Positions 28,785-40,898 of a stretch of 64,000 nucleotides of DNA are shown here, piece by piece. The position numbers were made by a program, and so were the translations under genes. The first letter of the stretch is position 1. Every line of letters starts with the position of its first letter. The notes under the pieces were generated by a model. It was given only the letters and a program-made list of their open reading frames with translations. It was not told the DNA's origin and made no database searches. Origin of the DNA: Eledone cirrhosa (taxonomy: Eukaryota); the NCBI GenBank assembly GCA_964016885.1, contig OZ024755.1, forward strand, positions 14,198,001 through 14,262,000, given 5' to 3'.

Positions 28785-28920
28785 CTAAAGCGCATGCTTA
28801 ACCACCTCATTTTCACAGGCAATGCTTAGGCATTCATATTTCAACCACTTATGTTAGATAATAGATAATTAAGAAGCCTCTTAGATACCGGAAGTTAGTT
28901 TATCTGTATCACGTGACAAC
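28785..28920 (+). promoter_or_regulatory. Putative GST proximal promoter
   Basis: GCGCATGC (NRF1-like, ~28790), CCGGAAGT (ETS, 28888-28895) and CACGTG (E-box, 28910-28915) within 170 nt of the ATG. Confidence 0.45.
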
Positions 28921-28956
28921 ACATCGTTGCTAAACACTATCAGTCTGAAGTCGAAA

Positions 28957-29631
28957 ATGTCTGAAATTACACTTTATTGGGGCTCCGGGAGTATACCATG
29001 CTGGCGGATTATGATTACTTTAGAAGAAAAGGGCTTGAATTACAACTCCAAATTGATGTCTTTCGAGAAAAAAGAACACAAGGGTGAAGAAATTGTCAAG
29101 TTAAACCTTCGAGGCCAACTCCCAACTATGGTGGTTAGTGATTATGTTGTTAATGAGTCGTATGCCGCTTGCGAATATCTTGAGGCTGTGTACAAAGACA
29201 AGGGTACTTGTCTCCTGCCACCTGCATCGTCTGCAAAGCAGCTAGGCTTAGTCTATCAAAGAATGCACGAAACCTGCAATATTCAACAGAAGATGATCAC
29301 TAATATTATTTACTATCTGTGGGGTAACAAGGCACCCGACAAAGAACTGCTTAGTAAACGATACGAAGAGTTAACCGTCGAACTGTCCCGCTGGGAAAAC
29401 TTCATGAAGGAGCTCGACTCGACCTTTTTAACCGGTCCTGATATGACTATGGCAGACGTGATGTTTTTTCCCTATATTGCGTTCGCAGTTCGCTCGGGCT
29501 TGGAGATGGAAAGTCGCTACCCACGTTTGACAGCCTACTACAATATGATGAAGGAGAGACCCAGTATACAGAAATCCTGGCCACCCCATTGGAAAGACTC
29601 GCCAAATAACACAGTGCTAGCTGAAGTCTAA
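28957..29631 (+). CDS. Glutathione S-transferase, rho class (GST-A-like), single exon, 224 aa
   Basis: Uninterrupted ORF from AAAATGT. Motifs LYWGSGSIPCWRIMITLEEK, SFEKKEHK, RGQLP, NESYAACEYLE, G..MTMADV, RYPRLTAYYNMMKERPSIQKSWPPHW match the fish/mollusc rho-class GST pattern. The ORF-track start at 28927 is a TTG; the ATG is at 28957. Confidence 0.93.
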   Translation: MSEITLYWGSGSIPCWRIMITLEEKGLNYNSKLMSFEKKEHKGEEIVKLNLRGQLPTMVVSDYVVNESYAACEYLEAVYKDKGTCLLPPASSAKQLGLVYQRMHETCNIQQKMITNIIYYLWGNKAPDKELLSKRYEELTVELSRWENFMKELDSTFLTGPDMTMADVMFFPYIAFAVRSGLEMESRYPRLTAYYNMMKERPSIQKSWPPHWKDSPNNTVLAEV

Positions 29632-29823
29632 ATGTCATTAATCTCGATATAACCGTATAGTGGCTATCGCCTTGTTTTTTTCTCTCTCTCTCTCTCTCGA
29701 TTTTGACTAAAGATATATACTAAATTCTAAATTCTATATATCTAATTACTTATGGACACTGTTTATATATATAAAGTAACGTTATGTAACGATTTATAAT
29801 ATAGCTGCAACTATTGAAGTTAA

Positions 29824-29829
29824 AATAAA
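29824..29829 (+). terminator. Candidate polyadenylation signal of the GST
   Basis: AATAAA about 190 nt after the stop codon, followed by T/GT-rich sequence. Confidence 0.45.
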
Positions 29830-31162
29830 CCTAAAGTGATTTCTTCTAAAACTGTTTCTTGATTATTATGTTGTTAAACTTGTCATTACCGGGCACCTGC
29901 TTTTATGCAGCTTTTAAAAATAACCTACACACAATTTAAACCCAGTTTTCTTTATTTTTGAAAGAAATGTGTAATTTGGGGGTTATATTTCAGACACAAC
30001 TGCATTGGAAAATTTAAAAGTATACCCTATTAAGAAATCGTGCTTTAAGAACTTTTTTTTAATTTGTTTTGTTTTTGCAGGTGCTCTTTTATAGGTTTGT
30101 AAATAGTTTTTTCCCTAGCTTTTTATTCAGTTTTCTGTAGAGCCTGCTTGTTTTATTGTTTGCTTTTTATAAATGCAATGAAGATGTTGCTCCGATTGAT
30201 GTGTCGCTCCGTCAGATATTGAAAGCCCATGACCCTTAGTCGGGTACTAAAAGACCCGGGGTTGAATTTGAACTCGTAGCGCGAAAAATCCGAACAGATA
30301 CCCGCAAAGGATCCCGTTCAACGCTATAATTCCGCCAATCAACCCTGTAAAGGTGGATGGTGAAGTTTATAAATTACAGCAGTATTTTATATGTAGAGAT
30401 TCAGAGTAAATATCTAAACGCATTCTGACCTAACGACTGTCAGTTCACCTAGATTCGTAAATTAATTTTTTGGTGGTTATCTTACCCGTGACCCATTTGA
30501 AAAAATAGATTAGAATTATTTTGTTTTGCCTTATGCATTAAATAAAATATATCACAAACACAAATCAATATAATTTATACAACGAATAAGAATACATCTA
30601 CAGATATATGCAATGAGAAGATCCATGCATTGTTACATTACAGGGGGCGTCGAGGCCTTTTTATTAATTTGTTAGGCAAGCCAACACACGGTATTACAGT
30701 GGATAATAGTGAGGCGAGGGCACTGGAATAGCCACGTGCCTTCGCAAACCCTCAACTAACAAGGTGCTCGCTGATAGCAGGTCGTATCCTCCGACAGATC
30801 ACTAATTATGAAGACATTTGAATATAAGCTAACGGAAGGAGTATTTATGTCTCTCAACATTTATTTCTCAAAAGTATTTCGATAGATATAACCTTCGCCA
30901 TATTACCGTATTAATTTTGTCCTTCGTTAAATATTTACTCTGCATTATTAAGTCATGATGTAACAGTCGGTAGGCATACTAAACTGTAAATCCTTCGTTT
31001 TTAGGTTTATAGACAACTTTGGTAATTTCCGTGAGAGAAAATAAATATTTTAATATAAACAAAACAATCGTAATCTACATCTTGGAAAATTAAGCGTTCA
31101 GAAAGTTATGAGGTCAGGTGTGGGCACTAAACTCTCTATATATACATAACTATAGTTTAATG

Positions 31163-31487
31163 TCCCACCTAAATTTCAGTGGGAAATAAATCTTTTTTTT
31201 TTTATTTTTCGTGTGCTATCAATTAAACTTACCTCCGAATATGCACAAAAGACTTTTTATTTTGGAAAGCAGACCTGCCTTTTCCCTCTCGGAGTTTTCT
31301 TTACCCCTTAATCCTAATCCTAACATCGGAGGAATGGAGTGAAAAGTCCAAGGGTCCTCCTTCATTTTCCGGTGGGGGAGGGAGTCCTTTGCAGCAGGTT
31401 CAGAGGTAAGATTAGTTGGTAGCACACGAAAAAAAAAACAAAAAAAACGCGGGGTGAAAAATATTATTTTCCACTGAAATCGGTGGT
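31163..31487. mobile_element. Non-autonomous element with imperfect inverted repeats and an internal (CCTAAT)n
   Basis: ATTTCAGTGG..TTCGTGTGCTA on the left pairs with TAGCACACGAA..CCACTGAAAT on the right. Confidence 0.5.
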
Positions 31488-33134
31488 GTCTTCCTATGAT
31501 AATACATTTTGTTTTTTCACAAGTTTCCTAATGCATAATTTACAGATACGATTATGTTTGTAATTTTTTTTTTATCATTATCACTCCCAGAAATTACTGG
31601 AAGTTGTCTAACTATTAGACAACTGCAGTTTGGCCAATTTCTGATTTGGGATTAACTGCAGTTCTGAAATGAAAAACGCAAAGAAAAAAAGTTTTATTTT
31701 AAATAGTTTTAAAATAAATACGTTGACAAGCATCTTTAGAGAAAGAGCCTAAATCTTTTTTTAATTCTAACATGGAAAACGCGTGCACATTTCTAGGTAT
31801 CCACCCAGTTATAATTGGTCTAGTAGTTTTGTTATTGTAAGTGTAGTGGTTTTATAAGTTCGCTAGAAACTTTTTTGACCATTTCATCTCCACTAATCTT
31901 CTAAAGAAAAAAAGGCATGTGTCGTTAAAACTTCATAATATATATGACTAATATTTCTAATATATGAAAAGACACTCGCTCCAGAAATTAAGAATCCTGG
32001 TGGTAAAAAGGTCACATTTTTATATATCATAAAAAAACTATTTTATAAAAAGCCCTTTTAACACCAAAACGGCCCTGGTTTTATAATACACAACTGTTTT
32101 AATGTTTATATCTAAAAACTTTCCATCTTTTTATGTTTGATCTTTTGCTAATTTGTTCCTAAAACCAGCTTGATAATAATAAAGCTATATTACTAAATTC
32201 TCGATTATTTTCAAAAGCATAAACAGTGGCTTTCTTTAGAAATATGGTATCTAAAGGATTAAAACTCTAGAAACTTATAACTATAAAAATATGAGGAAAA
32301 AAAAATCACTGAAAACACTTAAATTCTGTTTTAAACTTTTTTTTTTTCTTCAAACAAAAAGTATCCTTTTTCCTCTGATATTCTTAACGTTCACCAAAAT
32401 TATACAGTCTAAATAAAGATTGTGGTATCTAAAATGTTAAAATATTGGAAATTACGATTTGGCATAACAAATATTTCAAATTAATTTTTTTTTGTGCCAG
32501 CCCTTCTCCGTTATGGAATGTACAATCAGCAATACCGTTTTAAAATTAATTTATTTTAAACAGATTGCAATTTTTAAAATAATTTTTTTTAATTGCTAAC
32601 TTAATGCCCAAATTGTTTCTACTTTTGACACAAGGCCAGCAATTTGAATGGGAAGAGGGGAAAATCGATTAAATCAACTCCAGTGGGTTACTGGTACTTT
32701 ATTCTATTGTCTGTCATACCTAAATTTAGAGCTTCCGGCGGTGGTGGGAGAATATTCTTAAGATGGAAACCTTGTCCAAATGTTTATAACAGAACTTCGC
32801 TAAAGACGCCCATGGACCAGTCGGTGATGTTAAATAGTATTAAATCTACCACCAAATTATTCAAAAGGCAAAAAGATGTAATAAACACCACAAAGTATCT
32901 CATCCAATACTCTAACATCGCCCTAAACTGGTTGGTACATAATTTTATTGACTTCAAAAGGATGAAAGGCAAAGTTGGCTTTGGTGGGATTTGAACTGAA
33001 TATGGATAATTGAAACAAATACCGCAAGTCATTTTGTCTACGATCAAACGATTTTACTCATTCACCTCTTTATTGCAATATTCCAACATATTCTTCGTGT
33101 TTATATTTTTTAACAACTGTAGAGACTCTTGCAA

Positions 33135-33450
33135 ATGGAACGAATCATGCTCGACACCATCTTTCGTGACAGGAAAAGCAATAGCTGACTAGCATGAAGG
33201 ACATAATCGCAACCATCAAGAGGGGCAGACATAGATGGGCTGGCCACGCCTCTATTTTCAGAGACAACAGGCAGACTATTAGAGCGACAGTGAACACCAA
33301 GGCAGTGGAGAAGAACTAGAGGGTAGCCAAAAGCCAGATGACGCGATGATCTGATCCAATACCTCAGCCAATACATGGCCTAGTATGACTAGGAAGAAGT
33401 GGAGATGGGGTTCCTCCAACGGGAGTGAGAAGGCCCTAGGTGTTTGATTT
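33135..33450 (+). mobile_element. RTE-like 3' fragment, degenerate
   Basis: MERIML..IFRDRKSN and KDIIATIKRGRHRWAGHAS..RDNR, with frameshifts. Confidence 0.65.
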
Positions 33451-35529
33451 TGGATATTTTTTAACCAAGAAGATATCCCGCATACATGTAGTGTGGGACA
33501 GTACATCATGTTTTGGGGATCCTCCAAATATAAAGTAAAAATGCAAAACTAATAAATAAAATAAATTAAAGATTTGAAAATTTGAGAGTCCCAAAACTAC
33601 TGTAACAACAGTCGATGATTACAAATAATAGTTGAGAAACTTGGGTAAATTATACCCTTGGAGACTGAAAAGTGGACAGAGACGGCTCTGTCTTCTTTTT
33701 CTTCCCAATTTTCTCAACTATTATCTGCAGTGATCAACTGTTATTTCAGTAGTTTTCTACATTTGGGATTCTCACACTTTCTAATTTCAAATACTCCCAG
33801 CTCTTTGATCATTCATAAGGTTGAAATAACGATGTTTTACTTTAGCTGTATAAAATGGTAGAATATAAAATGAAAGATGCTTTGCTTTTTCGTTGTAAAT
33901 TGTCGAATTTTGAAAATTTTTTTAATCGATAAAATAAAAGAAAAACACAAACAAAAGCAATTTTTTTCTGAATGATTTTTTTTTAATCGATAAACTGAAA
34001 GAAAATTGTTATCTGAAGTACTAATGGATTAAAGTATGATTACTTGGGTGAGTAATGGCAAATCCGATACAGAAATGGTGTGAAGCCATGTTTGTGCTTA
34101 TACATGTTATCTGTATAAAGCAATTTCTTTCAGTAAAAACTTCAATATTTAATCTCTTCCACGATTATCAGGCGGTTTCGATCTTCCATTTCTTAAATAT
34201 ATAAACAATTCATGAGGTCAACTTTGCCTTTCGTCCTTTTGCAGTCAATAAAAAATGTATCAATTCAGTACTAGGGTTGATTCTTCTACAAAGGTCGACT
34301 GAAAGGTTCATAGGATGTCTACGAAGGAGTGATGATAGAGCTGTGAAATCTTGTATGCATTAATTTCAACTCTTATTAATAACTGAATTGTATCTTTCCA
34401 GGGACTATGTTGAAAAATAAACCTCATTTGGTCATTCCATGAGAATATCTTAGTCAGCCTATAAAGTTTTCAGCCAACCCTCGTGTATTTATTTCTAACC
34501 CCTCTCTTATTCTCTGGGAGAAACAAACTGTGTTCAGATCTGAAGAAGGGATGGACTCAGTCAGGTTTAAAATGCCCAGTACCCTGCTGTATGTCCGGAT
34601 GCTCCTATCTTCCACCCACTATAACTTAGAAATGAGTTACGGATCCTTACATTTATATAAACAGCTTAGTATTGTAGAACTAGAGGGGGGGGGGGCGGTT
34701 TCAGGTAGTTTGCTATAAAAAAAATGCTGAATGACAAATAATAATTGTAGTAATTACATATAAATATAAAGTGATAACACATAATCTGTACACAAACCAT
34801 CACTATTTATATAATGACATAAAAAGTCACGTTTTATTCAATATAAAACAAAACAAAATAATGAAATGAACGAACAAACAGTTTTGTATCATAGAACTCG
34901 GGGCGGTTTGTATCAAAAGAGAAAACAAAAGTATTTACATAAAATTACGGTGGAAGGTTGTTTGTTTGTTTTTAAAGTATAAACACTTTAAAACAGTTTT
35001 GTATCATAGAATTAGGGGCGGTTCAAAGCGGTTTGGTATCAAAAGAATTAAATATAATATGATTCTTTTTACCGCGTACCTTTTTTCTGGATTCATTACT
35101 TGCCATAAACGCCTCCATCCTTTTGAAGGAAAAAAAAAATGAGTATAAATCCTGGAAAACTGTAAGTCAGGTATTGAAAAAAAAAAAAAAAATCACGAGG
35201 ATTGACACTCCAAATTCACTATTCTCCTTTTACTATATGAATTGTCTAACAAAGAGATTCAGTAACTAAGTTCCATATATAAATAAACCGGTTAGGAAGT
35301 CTCAAATATCGTGTATTCAATGACATAGCATTTTTTTTTTTTTTTTTTTATCAGAGAAGATTTCAAAAGTTCAGAAGTTTTCAATAACAGATGGGTGGTG
35401 GTTATAAATAACATCACAGATTAAACTGATACGATAAATTAAGGCACCAAGAAAATAGGGATATCAACGGATGTGGCCTTTTGACTGGACTACATATGTA
35501 TGTGTATATGGATATATATATATAGAGAG

Positions 35530-35643
35530 AGAAATGGCTTCTACAGGACTAGAACTATTTCATTCGAAGGAAATCATCAGGAAAGGCTTTCCTGGTGATT
35601 TCCTTCGAATAAAACAGTTCTAGTCCTGTAAAAGCCATTTCTA
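35530..35643. repeat. ~55-bp-arm palindrome in a TA context
   Basis: GAAATGGCTT.TACAGGACTAGAAC..TTCGAAGGAAATCA.CAGGAAA, a GGC loop, then the reverse complement. Confidence 0.85.
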
Positions 35644-36161
35644 TATTAAATATTTATACTCAGCTATGCATTGAGTACCTTACTTACTGTGGGTGAACCC
35701 GACACACACACATATATATATATATATACACTTCGTTTCTGTATTTCTTTTGCGATATTCCTTATCTGAAAATGTGTGTTGGAACAGATATTGTTATACA
35801 TTGGAAGAGTCATGCTGCCAATAAAAACACACGTTATATTTATTAAATAAATAAACAACCATCCGGTTATTAAACCAAGCAAGTGGAAATTTGTAATAAA
35901 TTGAAGTGAAAACCAACAGGTGCGTGTTTTTATTGGCACGCACGCATACATACATACATGTATCAGAAGAATGCCATCTTTTCATTGAACCTTGGACTGC
36001 CATATGCACGCAGGTGGTTTTTCAGGCAAGCTTCCATTTTGCAAGCACGCTCACAGTTGTGAAACTTGAACTGTCTGTCTCATAGCAAAGCTGGCTGAGT
36101 TGTGCATTGCTATGTACCGCGGAGGTAGAACCATTATGAAAACTGCTTGATTTCTTCCTGG

Positions 36162-36195
<34 letters not shown>

Positions 36196-37179
36196 TAGAA
36201 TACACAGCAAACCCTCCAATTTTAAATATCAAAGTTAGCTTGGCGGTAGTAATTGGAATTGAAAAGTTATACATACAGGTATTAAATTCAAAATTTCTAA
36301 TTCTAACCATCCTAAAACTAAAAAGCCCAGCTGAAGGCACAAATAAATTGCTGCGGCCATCACCTGTGGGGACCTCCACGGCAGGGGCCCCGAGTCAATT
36401 GCCCCATTTGCCTTCTATTAAATCCGGCCCTGCCTGCCTACATGTTTACCAAATATTTTGTACCAACAAAATAGGATGAGGTCTGTTTTCTGTTGGTTTG
36501 TAGAAATATTATGAATAATTAGATATGGTTATTATCTCTATTATCCTTTTAATTTCCTACTTGACTAAATCCCACGTTATTTTGCATGAATTTACAACAA
36601 ATACCTTCTAAAGCTGTTAGAACGTTGGATAGAAAGTTTTTGCGGTATTTGTTTTCGTGCTTTGATTTCAAATCTCGTCGTTTCGAAATCGATAAAAAAT
36701 GAAGTACCAATTCAGTACTGATTGGGAGGGGGTGAGGCAATTCTTCCTCTGTATCTATTTCTTACTACCACTCTATCAGACTCTCTCTCTCTACCACTCT
36801 CTTTCTCTCTCAGAAATCGACTGTGTTCAGACACGGGGAGAAGATGGGTTGGTTCCACCAGAATTAAAATGTCGAGGTCGATAAAAAAAAAATACGTTCA
36901 GTACTGGTGGAGTGATTCTTCCTCTATATTTATTTCTTACTCTCTCTCTCTCTCTCTCTCTCTCGAATAATAATGGTTTCATCTCGAATAATAATAATAA
37001 AAAGAAAATCAACCGTGTTCAGATGGGCTCCGTCAAGGTTAAAATGTCCCCAAAACGTATGTCATCACATCACCCTTACATTACGGGACATAAAGAAAAG
37101 CGGACACTTATACACACATACACACGCGCGTGTACACACACACGAGTGAAATTGTGTAGATGGAAACGAATCCAGAAAA

Positions 37180-37590
37180 AAGTCACATGTTCTTTTTCGC
37201 CCACCTATTCCTGGGAAGGTAATGAAAGCAGAGTCCCCAGATATGTCTTTCAAGGGACCCTGTGAGAAGCAATCGTTTCCAAACGGCATGGATGACTCCC
37301 CAAGCGAGACCAACCGAGCTTATAGATGTTATCCACCAATCTTGTCCGTGGTCTAACTCTGAGTCTCTTGCCGGTTGGCTTTGCCCGTAAAATCTGTCAA
37401 GCGATTCTTTCATTACATTCTAATCATGTGTCTATAGTACCATGATATGAACAAGTAGCGGTTTTAACTGGAGCGGCTTCCTAATCTCTGAGCTACGTTT
37501 CCTATCGAGTAACGTTATTCCAAAGACCCCCTCAGAGGGACCCCATTTCAGCCACTTGTATTCGCGATCGTTTTCTTTCGGCCATTACAC
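37180..37590 (-). mobile_element. RTE (Expander/RTE-1-like) 3' fragment, degenerate
   Basis: Minus-strand frames give ERKRSRIQVAEMG...TLLDRKRSSEIRKPLQLKPLL and PTGKRLRVRPRTRLVD, typical of an RTE C-terminus. Confidence 0.7.
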
Positions 37591-40038
37591 CGATCTCCCT
37601 ACTGATGACCGAATGTTGAAGTTGAGGTGTGCATATCTTCTCCCTCATATATATATATATATATATTTTTTTTTCTGATTACTCTTTTGCTGTGAATTGT
37701 TCATCTTTTGATACTTTATGTAAATAATTACAAAGTCTACCACCCAAATCTAGAAAAAACAAACAGAATAGTGAAGGATTGATAAAAATAAATCTAACAT
37801 TCAGGTTTGCTCAAGTTAGCAGTAAAAGTAATTGGGGATAAGTTAAGTAATATGAAATAAAATAAAAGTGGAAATCAATTGGACAACAAGTTTTATAGAA
37901 ATCACTATTAAAAAGTAAATGATTAAGATTTGAAAAGAAAAGGAGAAAAAAGACATGTATTCGTAACAACAGCGGTAAAGTAATATATCTCTTTGATCGA
38001 TTGTAATGACTTAGACAAATGTGACTTTATAACAGCAGTAATACAGATTAAATAATATATCAACTACGGCAATACAGATATGTGTTGTGTTCATAACATA
38101 GCGTTATCATTAAATTTCATTTAATGTGTAAGGAAACAGATGATAAAGAATCAATGAAATTGTTATCACCATAGCAACAGTACAAAACTGTCGTATATGT
38201 AAATGAAAAACAAGATACGTTATGTTTAATAATGTTAAAACATAATTTGTTGTAAATGAGAAAAAGGGAGTGATGTAGGAAAACATATTAAGGATAACAG
38301 GTTCAAGTTCTTCTCCAAATAAATGCAGCATAACCACAGTTTAGACCCCCCCCCCCCCCCTACGAATTGGTACCCGCACCACTTTCTTAATAATGTATCA
38401 TATTTACAGGCCTATTGGATGCCCCCCCCCCCGCGCAAAAACAAAACAACATAAAAATTTTCCCTGCGTGCAATACACCAATATCACCGACGGGAGGTTG
38501 AACATGGGGTGAGGACAGTCATGGTTTTAAGAAATTTAGTTTGTTACAATTAGTATTACTAATCAAAGGTGGTGGAAGCATTTCTGAATTGGAGGAGGCG
38601 ACGGGGCGTGGGGGCAAATTTGGTCAATTTAGTTGTGGTGATTAGTTTAGCTCTCTGCACTCTAAAATGGTCAGAAAATACAATTTAAGTCCAAGCAGGT
38701 CTTATTAGATTTACAGCTTTCAATAATTATAAAGTGATTATATTAAAATAACCTATAAAATCTGTCTCTGAATACACATACTAGCAATTGACAAATAGTG
38801 TGGAGAAAAAGTTACATGTCAAAAACATTTACTAGTAAAGGTTAACATATTACACTGTTATTATCAAACAGCAACCAAGATATAAAAAAACTACGATATG
38901 CGATAAACACATGTACATAAATAGATGTGTGTTTTAATAGTTTGGGGAAAAATATATAATTATTGGGGGAGGGGGTATGCTCCACCACTGGACCCACGAG
39001 GGTTGGGGGGGGGGGGCACTGGACCCCCAGTGCCACCGCCCCATACACATCATATATATATATTTATATACACAAACAGAACGAGGAGAGAGAGAGAGTG
39101 TTGTACTTCTATACATCTATTTATTATATACATAAAGGTATATATTCTGGTGTGCACATGTCAACCAATCGAACACGATCCACTGGATGTGTAACACAAG
39201 TAAAATGAACGACAAACCTAGAATGAATTGAGAGAGAAAAACTACCCATTAGAATAGAAATGCGTGTGTGCAGATATTTTCATTAAAATAATCAAGGGGA
39301 GGTAACCAGCATTGCATGTATGGGTGTGTTTATGGTGTGTGACAGTAAGTACGCGCGTGCGTGTTGGTGTTTTCTGGCAATCGCCCCAGGCAGACGAAAA
39401 CTATTCTCTGTTCACTAAATCCATTGAAAGAGTTTTGGTCTATCTCGATCTTCAGGATATCTGAGTGACAAGTTACTAACCATACAGCCACATTAAAATA
39501 TATATAGGGTTTTAATAAATATATATAAATTGATATTGATATTTTTTAAACACGTTTTAATATATTGTAATTCTTACAAAATAAAATTTATATATATTAT
39601 ATATCATATATACATATAATATATATATATATATAATATATATATATAATATATATGTATAATATATATATATAATATATATGTATAATATATATGTATA
39701 ATATATATATATAATATATATATATAATATATATGTATAAAATATATGTATAATATATATGTATAATATATATGTATAATATATATGTATAATATATATG
39801 TATAATATATATGTATAATATATATATATAATATATATGTATAATATATATATATAATATATATGTATAATATATATGTATAATATATATGTATAATATA
39901 TATATATATAATATATAACCAAAGTTTAATATGGTTCATTGATTACTCAATGAATATAGTTTTACAATAGATTAAAAGCACTCTACAAGAAAGTTTTCTG
40001 GAGTTATTAATGAAACATTCACATAATCAAAATATATG

Positions 40039-40100
40039 TTTTATTACATATATTTTGAAGGTACTGTGCTGTTTTTTCAGTACTTCCTCGTCAGATAAAT
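40039..40100 (-). ncRNA. Hammerhead motif with mutated core (GAAA to AAAA), probably inactive
   Basis: Inverted partner of 40219-40280. CTGACGA reads 40094 to 40088, but the catalytic G12 is A (position 40056, a CpG-type change). Confidence 0.75.
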
Positions 40101-40218
40101 ACATGAATTGATGTATGACATACCTCAACGGTCTTGAAAGTTCAATTCCAGTATTGGCAGTCAATACTGGAATTGAACTTTCAAGACCGTTGAGGTATGT
40201 CATACATCAATTCATGTA

Positions 40219-40280
40219 TTTTATCTGAGGAGGAAGTACTGAAAAAACAGCACAGTACCTTCGAAATATATGTAATAAAA
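40219..40280 (+). ncRNA. Minimal type I hammerhead ribozyme, intact core
   Basis: Stem I TTTTAT/ATAAAA. CTGAGGA core at 40225-40231. Stem II GGAAGTACTG/CAGTACCTTC closed by G-C, one mismatch. GAAA at 40263-40266. Two-bp stem III with ATAT loop. GUA cleavage triplet at 40272-40274. Confidence 0.85.
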
Positions 40281-40687
40281 CATATATTTTGATTATGTGA
40301 ATGTCTTCATTTATCATTATTCTGAATAATATATAATATATATGTATAATATATATGTATAATATATATGTATAATATATATATATATAATATATATATA
40401 TAATATATATATAATATATATATATAATATATGTATAAAATATATGTATAATATATATGTATAATATATATGTATAATATATATATAATATATGTATAAT
40501 ATATATGTATAATATATATGTATAATATATATGTATAATATATATATATAATATATATATATAATATATATATATAATATATATGTGTAATATATATATA
40601 TAAATATATATATAAATATATATATAAAAAATATATATATAATATACGATATTAACAAATGGAAACTATATTTATAAAACCATATTT

Positions 40688-40750
40688 ATTTCATTATACA
40701 TATTTCAAGGACACCAAGTTAAATTATGGTGTGCTTTCATCAGATAAAAT
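40688..40750 (-). ncRNA. Minimal type I hammerhead ribozyme, intact core, opposite polarity
   Basis: Reverse complement of 40836-40898 (TCATCAG at 40737-40743). Confidence 0.83.
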
Positions 40751-40835
40751 ATAATATAGAGCAGTTTTATAAATAAATATTGACATACCCTTAAAGAATG
40801 CAACCATTACTGTTGGAAGCTCCCAGATAGTCTAT

Positions 40836-40898
40836 ATTTTATCTGATGAAAGCACACCATAATTTAACTTGGTGTCCTTGAAATATGTATAATGAAAT
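40836..40898 (+). ncRNA. Minimal type I hammerhead ribozyme, intact core
   Basis: Stem I ATTTTAT/ATGAAAT. CTGATGA at 40843-40849. Stem II AAGCACACCA/TGGTGTCCTT, one mismatch. GAAA at 40880-40883. Two-bp stem III with ATGT loop. AUA triplet at 40889-40891. Confidence 0.83.

Larger units (their letters stand above)
39917..40330. mobile_element. Hammerhead-bearing foldback element A (arms ~150 bp, ~5-nt loop at 40157-40161, one-sided tail)
   Basis: Near-perfect inverted repeat 40009-40311 embedded in (TA)n. One arm recurs as a solo copy at ~62903-63077. Confidence 0.75.

Noticed and set aside
28927-29631. Bacterial contamination or horizontal transfer of the intronless GST
   Set aside because: The protein follows the animal rho-class pattern end to end and is flanked by host SINEs, eukaryotic promoter motifs and AATAAA. 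There is no operon context.
35530-35643. Hammerhead in the short palindrome (CTGATGA on the minus strand)
   Set aside because: No convincing stem I/III around a GAAA and NUH, and the other arm reads CTGGTGA.
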